Of a stretch of 64,000 nucleotides of DNA, positions 27,436-39,160 are shown in pieces. This DNA comes from Lytechinus pictus (Eukaryota), in assembly GCF_037042905.1 (NCBI RefSeq), contig NC_087245.1, forward strand, positions 25,112,001 through 25,176,000. The letters are read 5' to 3'. Position 1 is the first letter of the stretch. The number at the start of each line of letters is the position of its first letter. A program made the translations under genes and the position numbers. The notes beneath the pieces were generated by a model. That model worked only from the letters and a program-made list of their open reading frames with translations, was not told where the DNA came from and searched no databases.

Positions 27436-27870
27436 CATAATAATAATAATACATGTGGTTTATAAAGCGCCAAAACCAGTGCACTCTGTAAAATGCTCAA
27501 GGCGCATTAAAGAAATTAAGAAGTAAAAAGAAAGGTTTTTAAGAACATTTTCGAAAGACTCAACAGAGATACACTTTTTGATGTCTTCAGGAAGTCTGTT
27601 CCATAGTATGGGGCACGCATGAGCAAAAGATCTTTCCCCCGAGTTTTTGAAACTTTTGGAACCACAAGCAAACGAGATGTTGAAGAACGTAGAAACCCAG
27701 TGGATATGTAACAATATTATTGATACAAGAAAGATTGTATTGGGGAGCAGATCCGTAAATGCAATGAAGAGCGAGCAACAAATCTTGAAAGTTATCCTAT
27801 CCTTGATATAAATAGCCAGTGCAGTGAATTCAGAATTTGGGTAATGTGTGAGAATTTATTTGACAATGTT
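27436..27870 (-). mobile_element. L2-type LINE 3' fragment, frameshifted
   Basis: Minus-strand translation pieces LHWL.IKDRITFK, LLALHCIYGSAPQY, GERSFAHACPILWNRLPEDIK; tail GCGCTTTATAAA...(TAT)n. Confidence 0.8.
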
Positions 27871-27946
27871 AAAATGAAAGTGTTGATTCTCTAATTCGCA
27901 GGGGGGAGGGGTGGAGATGTCTTCCCATATGATGATCCATAGGGCC

Positions 27947-28149
27947 CAGTGGCATAATGAGCTCAAAATTTTGAAGGGCCCAAACATGGCATGTGGGGCA
28001 AAATTTATAAAAAGCTTCCAGCGAGCCAAAAATTTGACCTTTTAATTTTTTTTCTTAGTCCTGATTTTTTGTTTGTTGTTAGGGAGGGAGGGGGAGGGGG
28101 AGGAGAAGAAATCCAGGCCCCAAGCCCCCCCCCCATCTGTACACCACTG
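27947..28149. mobile_element. Short hAT MITE with 8-bp TSD
   Basis: Ends CAGTGGCATA / TACACCACTG; perfect TSD ATAGGGCC at 27939-27946 and 28150-28157. Confidence 0.8.
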
Positions 28150-28304
28150 ATAGGGCCCGAACTGATAGAGATAATTTTTTACAATAAATCTCAAAATATG
28201 CACTAAATAACATCATTTTTTATTTTGATAAAGCAAATTCAAATCAAATGTTAATTCAGTGGCAAGACTGGCCTATACTATAGCAACAATTACATACATG
28301 CGGT

Positions 28305-30649
28305 CAGGGGCTGATCCAGCCTTCGCCAATAGGGGGGGGGGGGGCGGAATTTGTTTTTCTAAGCTTTCTTCTTAACATGAATATATAATAATCTCATAAG
28401 CCTTATGTAAATAGTGCGAGCGCGAAGCACGAGCTATTTTTTCATGTATTTTGTTCTAAAATTTACACATTTTGGCAATGTTTGTGATCCTGAACGAGAT
28501 GTGTATCAAATAAAACTAAATAATTACTGCGATCGCGAAGCGCGATCAGAAATTTTTGATATATGTTTTGATCTGATAAAAAAAAGATCACGGGTGCTTG
28601 CAGTTAGCCATGAAGACGTTACATATTTCAACAATCAAATAATACGAGCGCGAAGCGCGATCTGAAAATTTTGACGTTTCTTCCTGAAGAATGGACATTC
28701 TAAGCACTTTTTGTAATCGTGAAAAGGATAAGTATGTAACTAAACAATATTGATGAGAGCGCGAAGCGCAAGCGGAAAATTTTGAGATTGACACCTAAAA
28801 ATTGGACACTTCATGTTTTGTAAATCATGAAAGGGATGAGTAATTGGAAATCTTCCTATATTAATAATGCGAGTGCAAAGCGCGAGCTGAATTTTTTTTA
28901 TATTGTGATCTGAAACTGGATAATGATTTAAAGGGATGGTCCGGGTTGAAAGTATTTATAACTTAATAAATAGAGTAGAATTCACTAAGCAAAATGCCGA
29001 AAATGTCATCAAAATCGGATAACAAATAATAAAGTTATTGAATTTTAAAGTTTAGCAATATTTTGTGAAAACAGTCGTCATGAATATTCATTAGGTGGGC
29101 TGATGATGTCACATCCCCACCTGTTCTTTTGTATTCTATTATATGAAATTAGGTTTATTCCAAATTTTTCCTCCAAGAACTAGATAAATTTGATTGACAA
29201 CTGATTTAGTGCATTATATATTTATTGCTGCAACTTATTTCATTATAAGGGAGACATATCATTCACACAAGTATGAAATAATGAAAAAATTATGATTTTA
29301 TGTAATAACATAAGAAAACGGAAAGTGGGGATGTGACATCATCAGCCCACCTAATGAATATTCATGACGACTGTTTTCACAAAATATTGCTAAACTTTAA
29401 GCTTCAATAACTTTATCATTTGTTATCCGATTTTGATGAAATTTTCGGCATTTTGCTCAGTGAATTCTACTCTATGTATTAAGATATAAATATTTTCAGC
29501 CCGGACCATCCCTTTAAACGTGTATAGAGAACAAGCTGCCTATATGAATAAACATGCGCGCACGTGCCTCAGATTTCGACCTAGAATCTGGGCATTCTAA
29601 ATACTCTTTTTATCATGAAAATCAATAAAATATTCTGATCTGAAAAATTTAAGCTGTGTATTTCATGAACTTTGTAGGAAAATTGTGAGGTGGGTATGGA
29701 TTACAGTTAAAAAAGAGCTGATATGTTTCATTATTATTACTTTGAGTTTTGACAAATAAGACCGGGACATTTTAAGAACATTATGCCATCATGATTATGA
29801 AAACGATGACTATCTTCCTATTTCTCTTCCTGGGCGTGAGATGAAACTTGTCGATATTCCATTCTGAAAAAGGGAAAATTTGATTATTAAATTAATACCT
29901 TATTTAAAAAAAATCTAATAAGCCTTACGAGAGAGCGAGATCTGTTAATATTATGGCCTGAAACAGGACATTCAAAGCACTTTTGTAATTATGAATAAGA
30001 TGCATGAGTTAATACATTTTCAACAATCAATGTGAGCGCAAATCGGGAGCCGAATTTTTTTAATAAACAGTCATGAAAAAGGGATTTTAAGTAGTTTGTC
30101 ATAGAATTTGTAATATTATATACATAACTTAACAATCAAATTAAATGCAAGCTTGCAGCCCTAGCTATTACGTTTTGACAATCTGACCTGAATAGGAATA
30201 TTTTGAGAACTTTATGGAAAATAGGCAAATAATAGGTACCTGACAAATCAAATTTCGCGAGCGCGCAGCGCGAGAAGAAAATGTGAATATTCATACCATA
30301 AAACAGGAATTTCAAGAAAAAATATAATTTTTAAATCAAACAAAATAATTAAAGTTCGATTTCCGAGCTGAAATATGTTTTGTATATTGAATTTAAAATT
30401 TGATATTTTAAGCTCCATATTGAGCAAGATGTGTAAATCACCTAAAAGGCAATGCGAGCGCGAAGCGAAAGTTTTATCTAGTGACATTTAATTGAAAAAA
30501 AATATTTTCTAAGTCTCCCCCTCATCTTGTTTAATTCACTCGTCTTCTTCCTTTTATGTTTCCCCTTCCCTTTTCTCCTCTCTTTTCCCTTCTTTTTCTT
30601 TTTTTTCTTTCTTTCCCCTTTTTGCTCCGCCCCCCTGGATCCGCCTATG
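28305..30649. mobile_element. hAT-like non-autonomous element sharing one end family with 8900-10363, in opposite orientation
   Basis: CAGGGGCTGATCCAGCCTTCGCCAATAGGGG ... CCTGGATCCGCCTATG; flanks TGCGGT/CGCGGT; arrays of GCGAGCGCGAAGCGCGA. Confidence 0.75.
28932..29513. mobile_element. Kolobok-type foldback MITE family C, nested
   Basis: TTAA at 28928-28931 and 29514-29517; ~189-bp near-perfect inverted arms (28932-29120 / 29325-29513) beginning AGGGATGGTCCGGG. Confidence 0.9.
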
Positions 30650-30876
30650 CGCGGTTAAATTTTGATTAATTTACTGTTGTCTAGAATTCTCTTGATGCGC
30701 CGTATAATTTTAAGTTTTCTCTCTCGGGACAAGCCCGGGGAAAAGGTGTAAATAAGTAAGTTGGATTGTTCTTATGTCTTATGTGTTTTTTATTTCTTAT
30801 TTTTGGCTCTCTTGTTTTTTTTTTTTTTTTTTTTTTGGGGGGGGGGGGGTTACTAAAATTGCCATTGGCCTACGAT

Positions 30877-30891
30877 CAAGGAGGCTCCTTG
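30877..30891. mobile_element. 15-bp palindromic insertion or footprint with 7-bp TSD (P-superfamily-like)
   Basis: CTACGAT-[CAAGGAG G CTCCTTG]-CTACGAT. Confidence 0.65.
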
Positions 30892-31179
30892 CTACGATCG
30901 ATTGATTCCTCGTCATCATCATCTAGTTTTTTTTTCATCACATATGATCCCGCATATGATTTGGAATTGCACCTATACGTCTACATCATATCAAGACGGT
31001 TCTACTTCTCGTGTTTTTCTCCCAGTCTACTGTAAACAATTTTCACCAGCACCCCTCTGTTTTGGTAGTAAATTCCTGTATGGAGCAGTCCACTTGGCTG
31101 AGGTAGTTTCTGGTGTCAAATTGCATCCAATACAACGTCGTACAAGGCTCCTTTTTTGCTCCCAACAATTTTTGCCCGC

Positions 31180-31560
31180 TCAATTATCACACAAACGTCA
31201 TCGCTCAAGCTGCCGCTCCGTTCCGGGGATTTTGGCCGCGTTCTCCGCAAACAAACCATCAGTTTTCATCTTGTGTGTTGGAAATTACTTTCCCATCTAC
31301 TTGTGTGACGAAATGGAGCGGGAGTTTGCGTCTTAGCTGTTCTTGAACCCTAATTTTATTAAATGAGGACGAGCAGAATGAACATAAACATTCCTGGGAG
31401 CATCTTCTATAATAATTCATGATCTAAATTGAGGAGGAGGAAGCGCAAACACAAAGGATGCTGTGTGTGGGTCGATGATGCATTCAGGTAAACGGAACCA
31501 AACATTCTTTAGTGGTTAGTCGAGCAACGATCGAGTCTACGGAAAAGTCGTCGGGGGTGT
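31180..31560 (+). promoter_or_regulatory. CpG-rich putative promoter / start of 5' UTR of the downstream gene
   Basis: Non-repetitive GC/CpG-rich stretch directly upstream of a Kozak ATG micro-exon; CpG content drops after it. Confidence 0.5.
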
Positions 31561-31896
31561 CCAGGGACACTTTCATTCACAATTGAGCTCGAGCTACTTT
31601 GCGCACCATAAATCTGGGATTTGCTTTTGAAAGGACTTTCGCTATTCAATCCAAGTGAGCACCCTGAGATTTTCCTTTGACGGAATACTTCTGGCTCCAA
31701 GAATAGAAACACACTTGTCCTCTTCAGCTGATTTTTGCCAACAGTAGCCTTGCAAATTTTATTGTGTTGGAACTTGGAAGACACTTCACAATGACAGCAA
31801 GTTGGTAACTAAAGAAGAGACTTTCATATTTCACATGTTGAAAATACTGTGGAATAGGGCTACAATTGGCTTGATGTTCTACCTGTGCCTTCCACC

Positions 31897-31923
31897 ATGT
31901 TGAAACCACGATTATACATCAAG
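31897..31923 (+). CDS. Candidate first coding exon A (MLKPRLYIK) of the giant-exon gene
   Basis: CCACC-ATG context, in-frame upstream TAG at 31855, donor AAG|GTATGT; phase 0 matches the acceptor at 55916. Confidence 0.6.
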
Positions 31924-32966
31924 GTATGTAAAGTATAGGTCTACATAATATTAGATAGAGAAGTTTCTGAATCCAAATTCACTATTGGCTATGAATTATG
32001 ATGACGGTGAGTTCATGGGAGCAAGGGGAAAGAAAGATGATCATTTTGGACCCGAGTCACCAGACTACATGCTTGGCATTAATGAAAGAAAAAGCTGTCG
32101 CGCCTACATTCTTTCTGATGCTTTTCACTCTCCGGACAAGACAGCTATATTTGTCCAGGCATTGCTATAAAATTAATTGAGACCTACTGTCCTGTGTCTA
32201 ATTGAACAAAGAAATGTAAACATGGTAAATTCATCATTTTGTGTCATGGACTAATCAATTTGATCATGTGATATATCATAGGTCCATGAATCAGTTCCAA
32301 ATGTTCTTACCCATCTTTGTCCACTCATACCAGGTTTGTGACAAGAGATACGTTCCCATCACGAGCTGACGTCTTCTAATTTTGGCATTTTGGTTTAATA
32401 ACGAAAAGGTTAATTCTAATATTGATTTTTTTTTAACCTGCATTGAGACCTCTCTTCTTCATCTTTCTTTATCTCTTTATTTTTTGTTAAATCTCTTGGT
32501 AGACCTTCCCAAAATCCTGTACCAGTACACTTAGGTAAATGCTCTATTTCTTTTTTTGAAAGAAATTACATCACTCCTTGAATTTCCCTTAACATTTGTA
32601 ATGGTTTCTTGAAATCTACTGTAAACTTAATAGGGGGCATTTAATAAAGCTGCTTGTGAATTATGTAAGAGTTAATTTATGCATGACTGCTGACCTAATG
32701 CTGACCTTTCTTCAAATCATTTTTGGTACAGGTTCTGAAACATTTTGATTTCCACCAGCGCGCCAGCTACAGTGGTGCTCAAAAGTAGTGAACTCCACCA
32801 GAAAATGAACATATTCAAAAGTGTTCAAATTCTGCAATTGTGAAGTCAGATGATAAAATATTACATTCAATATATTTTTTTTTCTTGGTTCGTGGGATAT
32901 TGTAGGGTTGTTGTTTATGTTCAACACTCAGTATGAAGGATTGCATTTTCTGGTGGGGTTCACTAA

Positions 32967-33130
32967 TACCTCAGTCACATTTGCTCTATGACGGGCATAT
33001 GGCGAGTCAAAAGCAGCCGTTTTAACATTTTTTTTGTACCAGCTACGTATAGGTGGTTTTAATAAAAATGAATAAAACGGCTGTTTTCGACTCGCCATAC
33101 ATCCGAGGTAGGGGAAATGTGACTGGAGCA
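32967..33130. mobile_element. PIF/Harbinger-type MITE
   Basis: TAA at 32964-32966 and 33131-33133; TIR TACCTCAGTCACATTTGCTCTA / TAGGGGAAATGTGACTGGAGCA; inner arms ATGGCGAGTC.AAA.CAGCCGTTTT. Confidence 0.8.
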
Positions 33131-33790
33131 TAACTTTTTAGCACCACACAGTAGGCCTGCTAAATGCTTCTAGTCTGTGTCAATTGTTCAATTTTCAATA
33201 AGTTTCCAAGCAATTGAATGCACAATTCAATATTTTTTCAAAGTTAGAGGAAATTAATACTCAAGTATTCCCTAGGTAATAAAGAAAGAGTCATGGGGGA
33301 GGTGGGGGCGCACTTACTCCATGCATCCGCACTACACAGCAATAATGGAACAGTTCCCATGTACATGTAGGGCTTTTACTTTTCCTGGAAATTCAAAGAA
33401 TCAAAACTTGCTTTTATCACAATGGATGAAGGTAAAGGAACATTAGGCCTAAAGCATGTAGGCCAAAGGTTGGTTTATAGCTTCCCCCCAAAATTCAAGT
33501 AAATATGAAAATGTCCTTATTTATTAACTGATATCCCCTGAAATCAACAAAATAATAAGTACATTCTACATGCAGTGGAAAGAAAATTCACCAAACTGTC
33601 TTTGCCATTCTTATCAAAATTGAAACTAGTCATGTTTACACCATTTGTAACTTGAAAAAAAGTTGATTAAAAGAGTTTTATTATTACCTCAGTTTTTCAT
33701 TAAAGATATGATTATCAAACCTATATTTTGTTCCATTTAAGGTAGGAAAATTGAGCCTATACGAGTATACGTGTTATAGTACCACTTAAG

Positions 33791-33833
33791 CATGGAGCTA
33801 TTAAACACAATAAAACACTGTAATAGCTCCATG
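33791..33833. mobile_element. 43-bp hairpin insertion with 13-bp TIR and 7-bp TSD (P-superfamily-like)
   Basis: ACTTAAG-[CATGGAGCTATTA...TAATAGCTCCATG]-ACTTAAG. Confidence 0.7.
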
Positions 33834-34257
33834 ACTTAAGTTTTCAATTGAATACAGTGACATTCAATGTCACCATTTAGTCAAATATCAAGACAGTTAC
33901 TTTAAAAAACAATTATCTTTTGCTTCTAGAGGGACTCTTGTCCATTTGTTGATCTTATCAGAGGAATTTAAATCAGGACTGTATTCATCCCAAATCTCAC
34001 AATTGAAGTTCAAGTGTCAGTTATAAGCCTCATTCATCAGTATTTAATTCGGCTGACTTTAGATCTATTGTCTGAGTGCATTGGTCCTGTCCAATGCAGG
34101 TTAGACAAAGTGCACCAAGCACTACTTTTTTTTTGGAGTCACGTTTCAAGTGGGGTGGTTTTGAGCTTCACATCATTTTGTTTTTGTTTTGTATTTTTCA
34201 GTTGCAAAATAAACTATTCATATTTGTCACACTGTGGCAATGTTAGACGTAGATTAT

Positions 34258-34802
34258 AGGTGAACTCCACAGGTCCTGAGAAATTTTGATTTGAATAAAA
34301 AATGATAAGATTCAAAGAAGCATAACACTTGAGGTTTCATCAATATCGGTCGTAAAATAAGAAAGTTATAAGACATTTTAAAGTTTCCTTATTTTTCACA
34401 AACAGTATGCACAACTGACATGCAAGTGAGAGAGTTGATGATGTTCCTCACTATTTCTTTAAAAAAAAAATACAATATTTCAATTTTTATGGATTTGACA
34501 ATAAGGATCAACTTTAGAAACCATAAAGTGTAACTTAAAACAATGGTAATTCCACATGCTCAGGGAGGAATAAAACTTTGTTTCACATGACAATGAGGAG
34601 AAAATTAGAATATTTCATGATGAAAATACAGAAGAAACGGTGAGTGGGTGACATCTTCAGTCCCATCGTTCGCATACCAAATTTACTGGAACTTGTAAAT
34701 GTCATTACTTTATTTTAAATCTGATTTTTATGATTTGTTTGTGATATGCTTGTTAGATTTTTCTCTATTCAAATAAATTTTTTGTTGGGGTGAACTCGTC
34801 TT
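34258..34802. mobile_element. Older copy of Kolobok-type MITE family A
   Basis: AGGTGAACTCCAC...TTGATTTGAATAAAA... to ...TTTGTTGGGGTGAACTCGTCT-TTTTAA; colinear with 52818-53402. Confidence 0.75.
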
Positions 34803-35612
34803 TTTAATAATAGATAATTCAGGGTATTCTTTCTTGGGAAGAAGAATTTCAGGAGATTGATGTTTGTAAAACCAAGATGGATTCATTACATGCTGATAAA
34901 TAATGTTTTGTCCAAATGTAAGGAATAAATTCAGAAGGTTATCTATATAATTTTAGTATAGTTCATGCTGTGAAGTTTGGTTTTGTAAATAATTCATTAA
35001 TGAAAAGTTTTGTGTTTGATGATATTGAATGCAACTTTAAAATTACTGTCAGTTTACCAAGAAACTGGCATTTCATAGAATTACATTGTGTAGCTATTTG
35101 CATAATGCAGTATCACGATGCTAGTTGAAATTAATTCATGACTGGTTCCAGGTTTTATGAAACCAGGGCCATAACATACATTGTAAGATACCTTGTTGTT
35201 GGCGTAAAGTTTTACCTTCAAAACTTGTTTGTCCCTCTCCTTTCAATTTCTGGAAATCAGTATAGTGGAAGATAACCTGGTACTGGTTATATGTGTGGTT
35301 TCAGCAGGTAAAGGTATTAATGAAAATAATTTATTTAATAATAAAATAAAATAAATGATATCTCAATAAAAAAACAAACAATATAATTCTTTCATGGATT
35401 TTGCCAAACCTGGTGGCAGTGATTTTCTTTATTTTTTTGCTGATGTTATCAAACTCAACTTGTTGGATGCCAGGATGAACTTCCCTGTAAATAAATCAGT
35501 TGAATTTGTTTTCATTTCCAAATTCCACTCTCATTTTTCTTGACCTTGATTGTGATCAAATCAACAAACTATCTAGATTATTTAGGCCAAGAAATTAGTT
35601 ACATGTATATCA

Positions 35613-35679
35613 GGGGCAGTTTCATAATGCTAGTTTAAATTAATTCATGACTGGTTCCAGGTTTTATGAAACCAGGGCC
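35613..35679. mobile_element. Miniature Harbinger-like MITE; its right ~55 bp is duplicated at 35118-35172
   Basis: GGGGCAGTTTCATAA ... TTATGAAACCAGGGCC; ATGCTAGTT.AAATTAATTCATGACTGGTTCCAGGTTTTATGAAACCAGGGCCAT occurs twice. Confidence 0.55.
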
Positions 35680-37369
35680 ATCTCAAGATGAGGTCAGCTG
35701 ACAAGCATTGAGGACATACTCCCCTGTACACCTGGCATGGCAGTACGTTGCATTTTATGACAATGACACGAGTAGCTTAGAGCTTGAATTTCATCTTGCA
35801 AAAAATTATCGATCTGTCTTTCTTCGATGGATCATAAACAAGAAGTTCTGAAAACATATAGTGTACACATTAATGGACATCGATGCATGATGTTAGGCTG
35901 GCCTCGTGGTCTCCTTGTACAAAGTTCTACCTTTGACCAGAGTTTTTTCCAAGATATGTATTGTATTGTTTCCATGACATTTGCTCCAGTGACAATTGCT
36001 GAGATGAAAAATCTGCACGTTCTTAGCCAAACATAAAATCTAACCTCCAAAACTAAATAAACCCTAATACTTATCTACATTACTCTGAACCAAAAGCTCT
36101 ATTACAATCCTATACTCTAAATTATATTAGGTTCTTATGCCCTCTGAGATATAAAGACCGGAGCAAGTGTTGTATACCGTTGTATTGTGAAGGTTTGCAT
36201 TGCTTTGTATTCTAGAGGTCTTTGCAATTTTGCTCATAGTATGCAAAAGTGGGTCCTTTTTTGTTAACCTCCAATGAGTATATTGCGCATTGTAGTTTGT
36301 CAAGATTTTCAAGTTATTTCATGGACCGGACAAGCTTTTTTTTAATTCTGTTTTTATCATAACAAATTAAAGTCAGTTACAAAATTTACATATATACACA
36401 AGAAGGTTACCCCAAAAAGAAAAGTAAAAGAAACAATGATAGAATAATCTTGATTCAATTAAATCCCCTACCACCAAAAAAGGAATGTGGCTAAGTGATG
36501 ACTTAATATAAGTTTATCTAAACAAAGTTTATTAAGTGATGTGGTAGATAATATATGCTCAAAACAAAATTTACAAGCTAGGAATGACATAATTTTCAAA
36601 GAAATATTGATAATATTAAAAGCTGCTGTTACAGCAAATATTTTTCACTTGTTTAGAGCAGCAATATAGGCCTACTATATACAAGTATTGGCCTTGCATG
36701 TAGTTGATTAATGCTTGCCGAAGTGAGAAATTTTTGTTCATTTCAGACCTAATGACTATTTGTTACAACTTGAATGGTCATCACTATTGATCAATTTAAA
36801 GCTCCTCTTTAGTAGAGAATACATCATTTCTCTCTACAATGTGAAGTTTGGAATTTTCAAAGTATTGAAGGTATTGGCTCTGATAGTGATACTGATACAT
36901 GTACATCATGACACTTTAAATATCCACAAAACATTTTACTTGAGTTTGGCAGTTTGTGGGCGTATAAAAAGAGGAAACTGGCAAAAAAAGAAGTTTGTTT
37001 ACACGACAGCTATGCACAGAAGTATAGTGGAATTTAAACACAAAGAATAATACTTTGAGGAATGAAGAAATGATCAGCCAATGGCTTTACGCTTTGCCTC
37101 TTTTGTGAGAAGCAGAAGTCAACAAGGCGTGGAGAGTGTAGTGCTGAATTCTGTTTAAAAGGCAACAAACATCCTAGGTTTTCTCTTGACTTGCGTCTGC
37201 CCTCGCTGTTGGCATGGTCTACTGCTGGTAGGGTTAGCACTGTGGTCTGCTCCCGTGATGTGGCCGGGATTGGAATGTAAAGCTGATTAGTAGATCAAAT
37301 TTTCATAAGACAGACGCTTGTGTGATTGAACTTTCATTGAAACAGCAGCACCAGCAGCAAGCAAGCAAA

Positions 37370-37414
37370 ATGCCGACACCAATGCCCATAGAGAGTGTTG
37401 GTGACTACAGATGG
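37370..37414 (+). CDS. Candidate alternative first coding exon B (MPTPMPIESVGDYRW)
   Basis: CAAAATG start context, 15 codons, consensus donor TGG|GTGAGT, phase 0, embedded in a locally GC-richer non-repetitive block (~37100-37430). Confidence 0.55.
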
Positions 37415-39074
37415 GTGAGTTTCAACAGCAGCAGTAATAAGGAATGTTGATGAAGTTTTGTATTCATTCAGAGAAAAAGTAATTTGGAGCTGTATTTCAC
37501 TTCTATTTTTGCTGAGACTGGTTGCCAGTAGGTGTGAAAATAGAAAAAAACAAAACCCAAAAGTCATTGAAGATTGAAGGGTTGGTCAATGTTTTCAATG
37601 GAGTAACTGCATTTGGATTTATCTTGTTGACACCACAACAACTTTTGTCGTAATTTTTATTCTTAAGACATGTAATAAATCAGTGTAGGCAAAAACCTTG
37701 GAGGATGGGCAATTTTGCCCCTCTTGCTTCCCAAATTGCCCCTATGTTTTTTTCTCAGAATTAATTCTTGAGGATGCCCCATCTTTTTCACCTCTCACTT
37801 CAGGTTGTGAATTTGTCATCTCACTCCCTTTCTCCCTTTTTTTTATCTCTCTCGTGCTCTATACTAATTAATTTTCTTTTATTTTTCCCATTACTTCAAG
37901 TATTGTCCCAATCTTTTCTCCGTCATATTCCAGCGTCTTCCATCTTCTCCCTCTCTGATTTTGTCCATTTGATAACGTCTATACATGAATTCCTTCCTTG
38001 CAGTAATGTACTTTGACCTCAGAATCGGAATTGGAAGATAAAAATGACAATATACCACAAGGCAAAACTTGAAAATTGTGGTTAGATTTGATTCATGCAT
38101 TGGAATATGTGAAGTGTAATAAAAATCCCATTATTTTTCTCATTCATTGACCGAGGAGCCAAGTTAACAAATTTGTGTAACAAAAATAGATTAGACCCCA
38201 AATTATATTTTATGGTTCTTTTTCATTGATTTGATTTTTCCTGATACCAGCAATGTAAATAGGCATACTTGAGATTCTTTGAATATTTTATGTGAATAAC
38301 ATCCTTGTGGAACTCTATGGGTGGATGAAATGAATCATCATAATTGCACAATGTTTGAAGGGTAAATTTGTGATCAGATTTGAGGTTGAAAACTTGTAAA
38401 CAGCTTTAACAAGTTGCAATAGTTTCTATATTTGAGTGTATAAAATGACCTGTATGAAATTCAAAAGGGATTTTTCAGTGGCTGTTACTGCTTTATTCAT
38501 TGTTCATCTAATTTGAAAGTAAAATTAGCAATACTCTTTTGAAAGATGTGTCATGCAAAGTGATTATAGTCCAATGTCACAACTCGTGAGATGATTTGGT
38601 GCAATGCTAAATTTATGCGTTTTGGATGATAGTATTCACACCTGCCCGATAAGAAATTATGTGTGGAAATTATGAAACAATGATTTATTCTACACATTCA
38701 CACTTGCCTACATTGTATTTTTTTATAGAAATCCCTGGGAAATTTCTGGCAGTTTTAACATTTATTGGGATATTACTTTCAAATTAGCTGGCTTTATTAT
38801 AGTATTTCCCTAATGAATATTAGGCAGGCATGAAGCACCTGTAGAAATTAGGATATTGTCGGGTCATGATGATAATCAATTATATAGCACCAACAACACG
38901 CCTTTGATGAAATGAGAACAGAATGAATTTCCATTTGATTATTGATTGATAATCTAAAGAGAGTATTTAAATTGTTTGAAACAAATATTAAAAAACGTGA
39001 GCAAAAAATATTCCAGACTGTGGTGTGGACAATAACATGATATTGAAATTGAAATGGAAAATGAAATTTTGGGC

Positions 39075-39160
39075 TGATGATGATGAAGACGATGACAATA
39101 ATGATGATGATTAAGATGTCTCTGATGATGGTTATTATCATGATGTGATGATGATGATGC
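39075..39160. repeat. Degenerate (GAT)n microsatellite
   Basis: gatgatgatgaagacgatgacaataatgatgatg... Confidence 0.7.
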
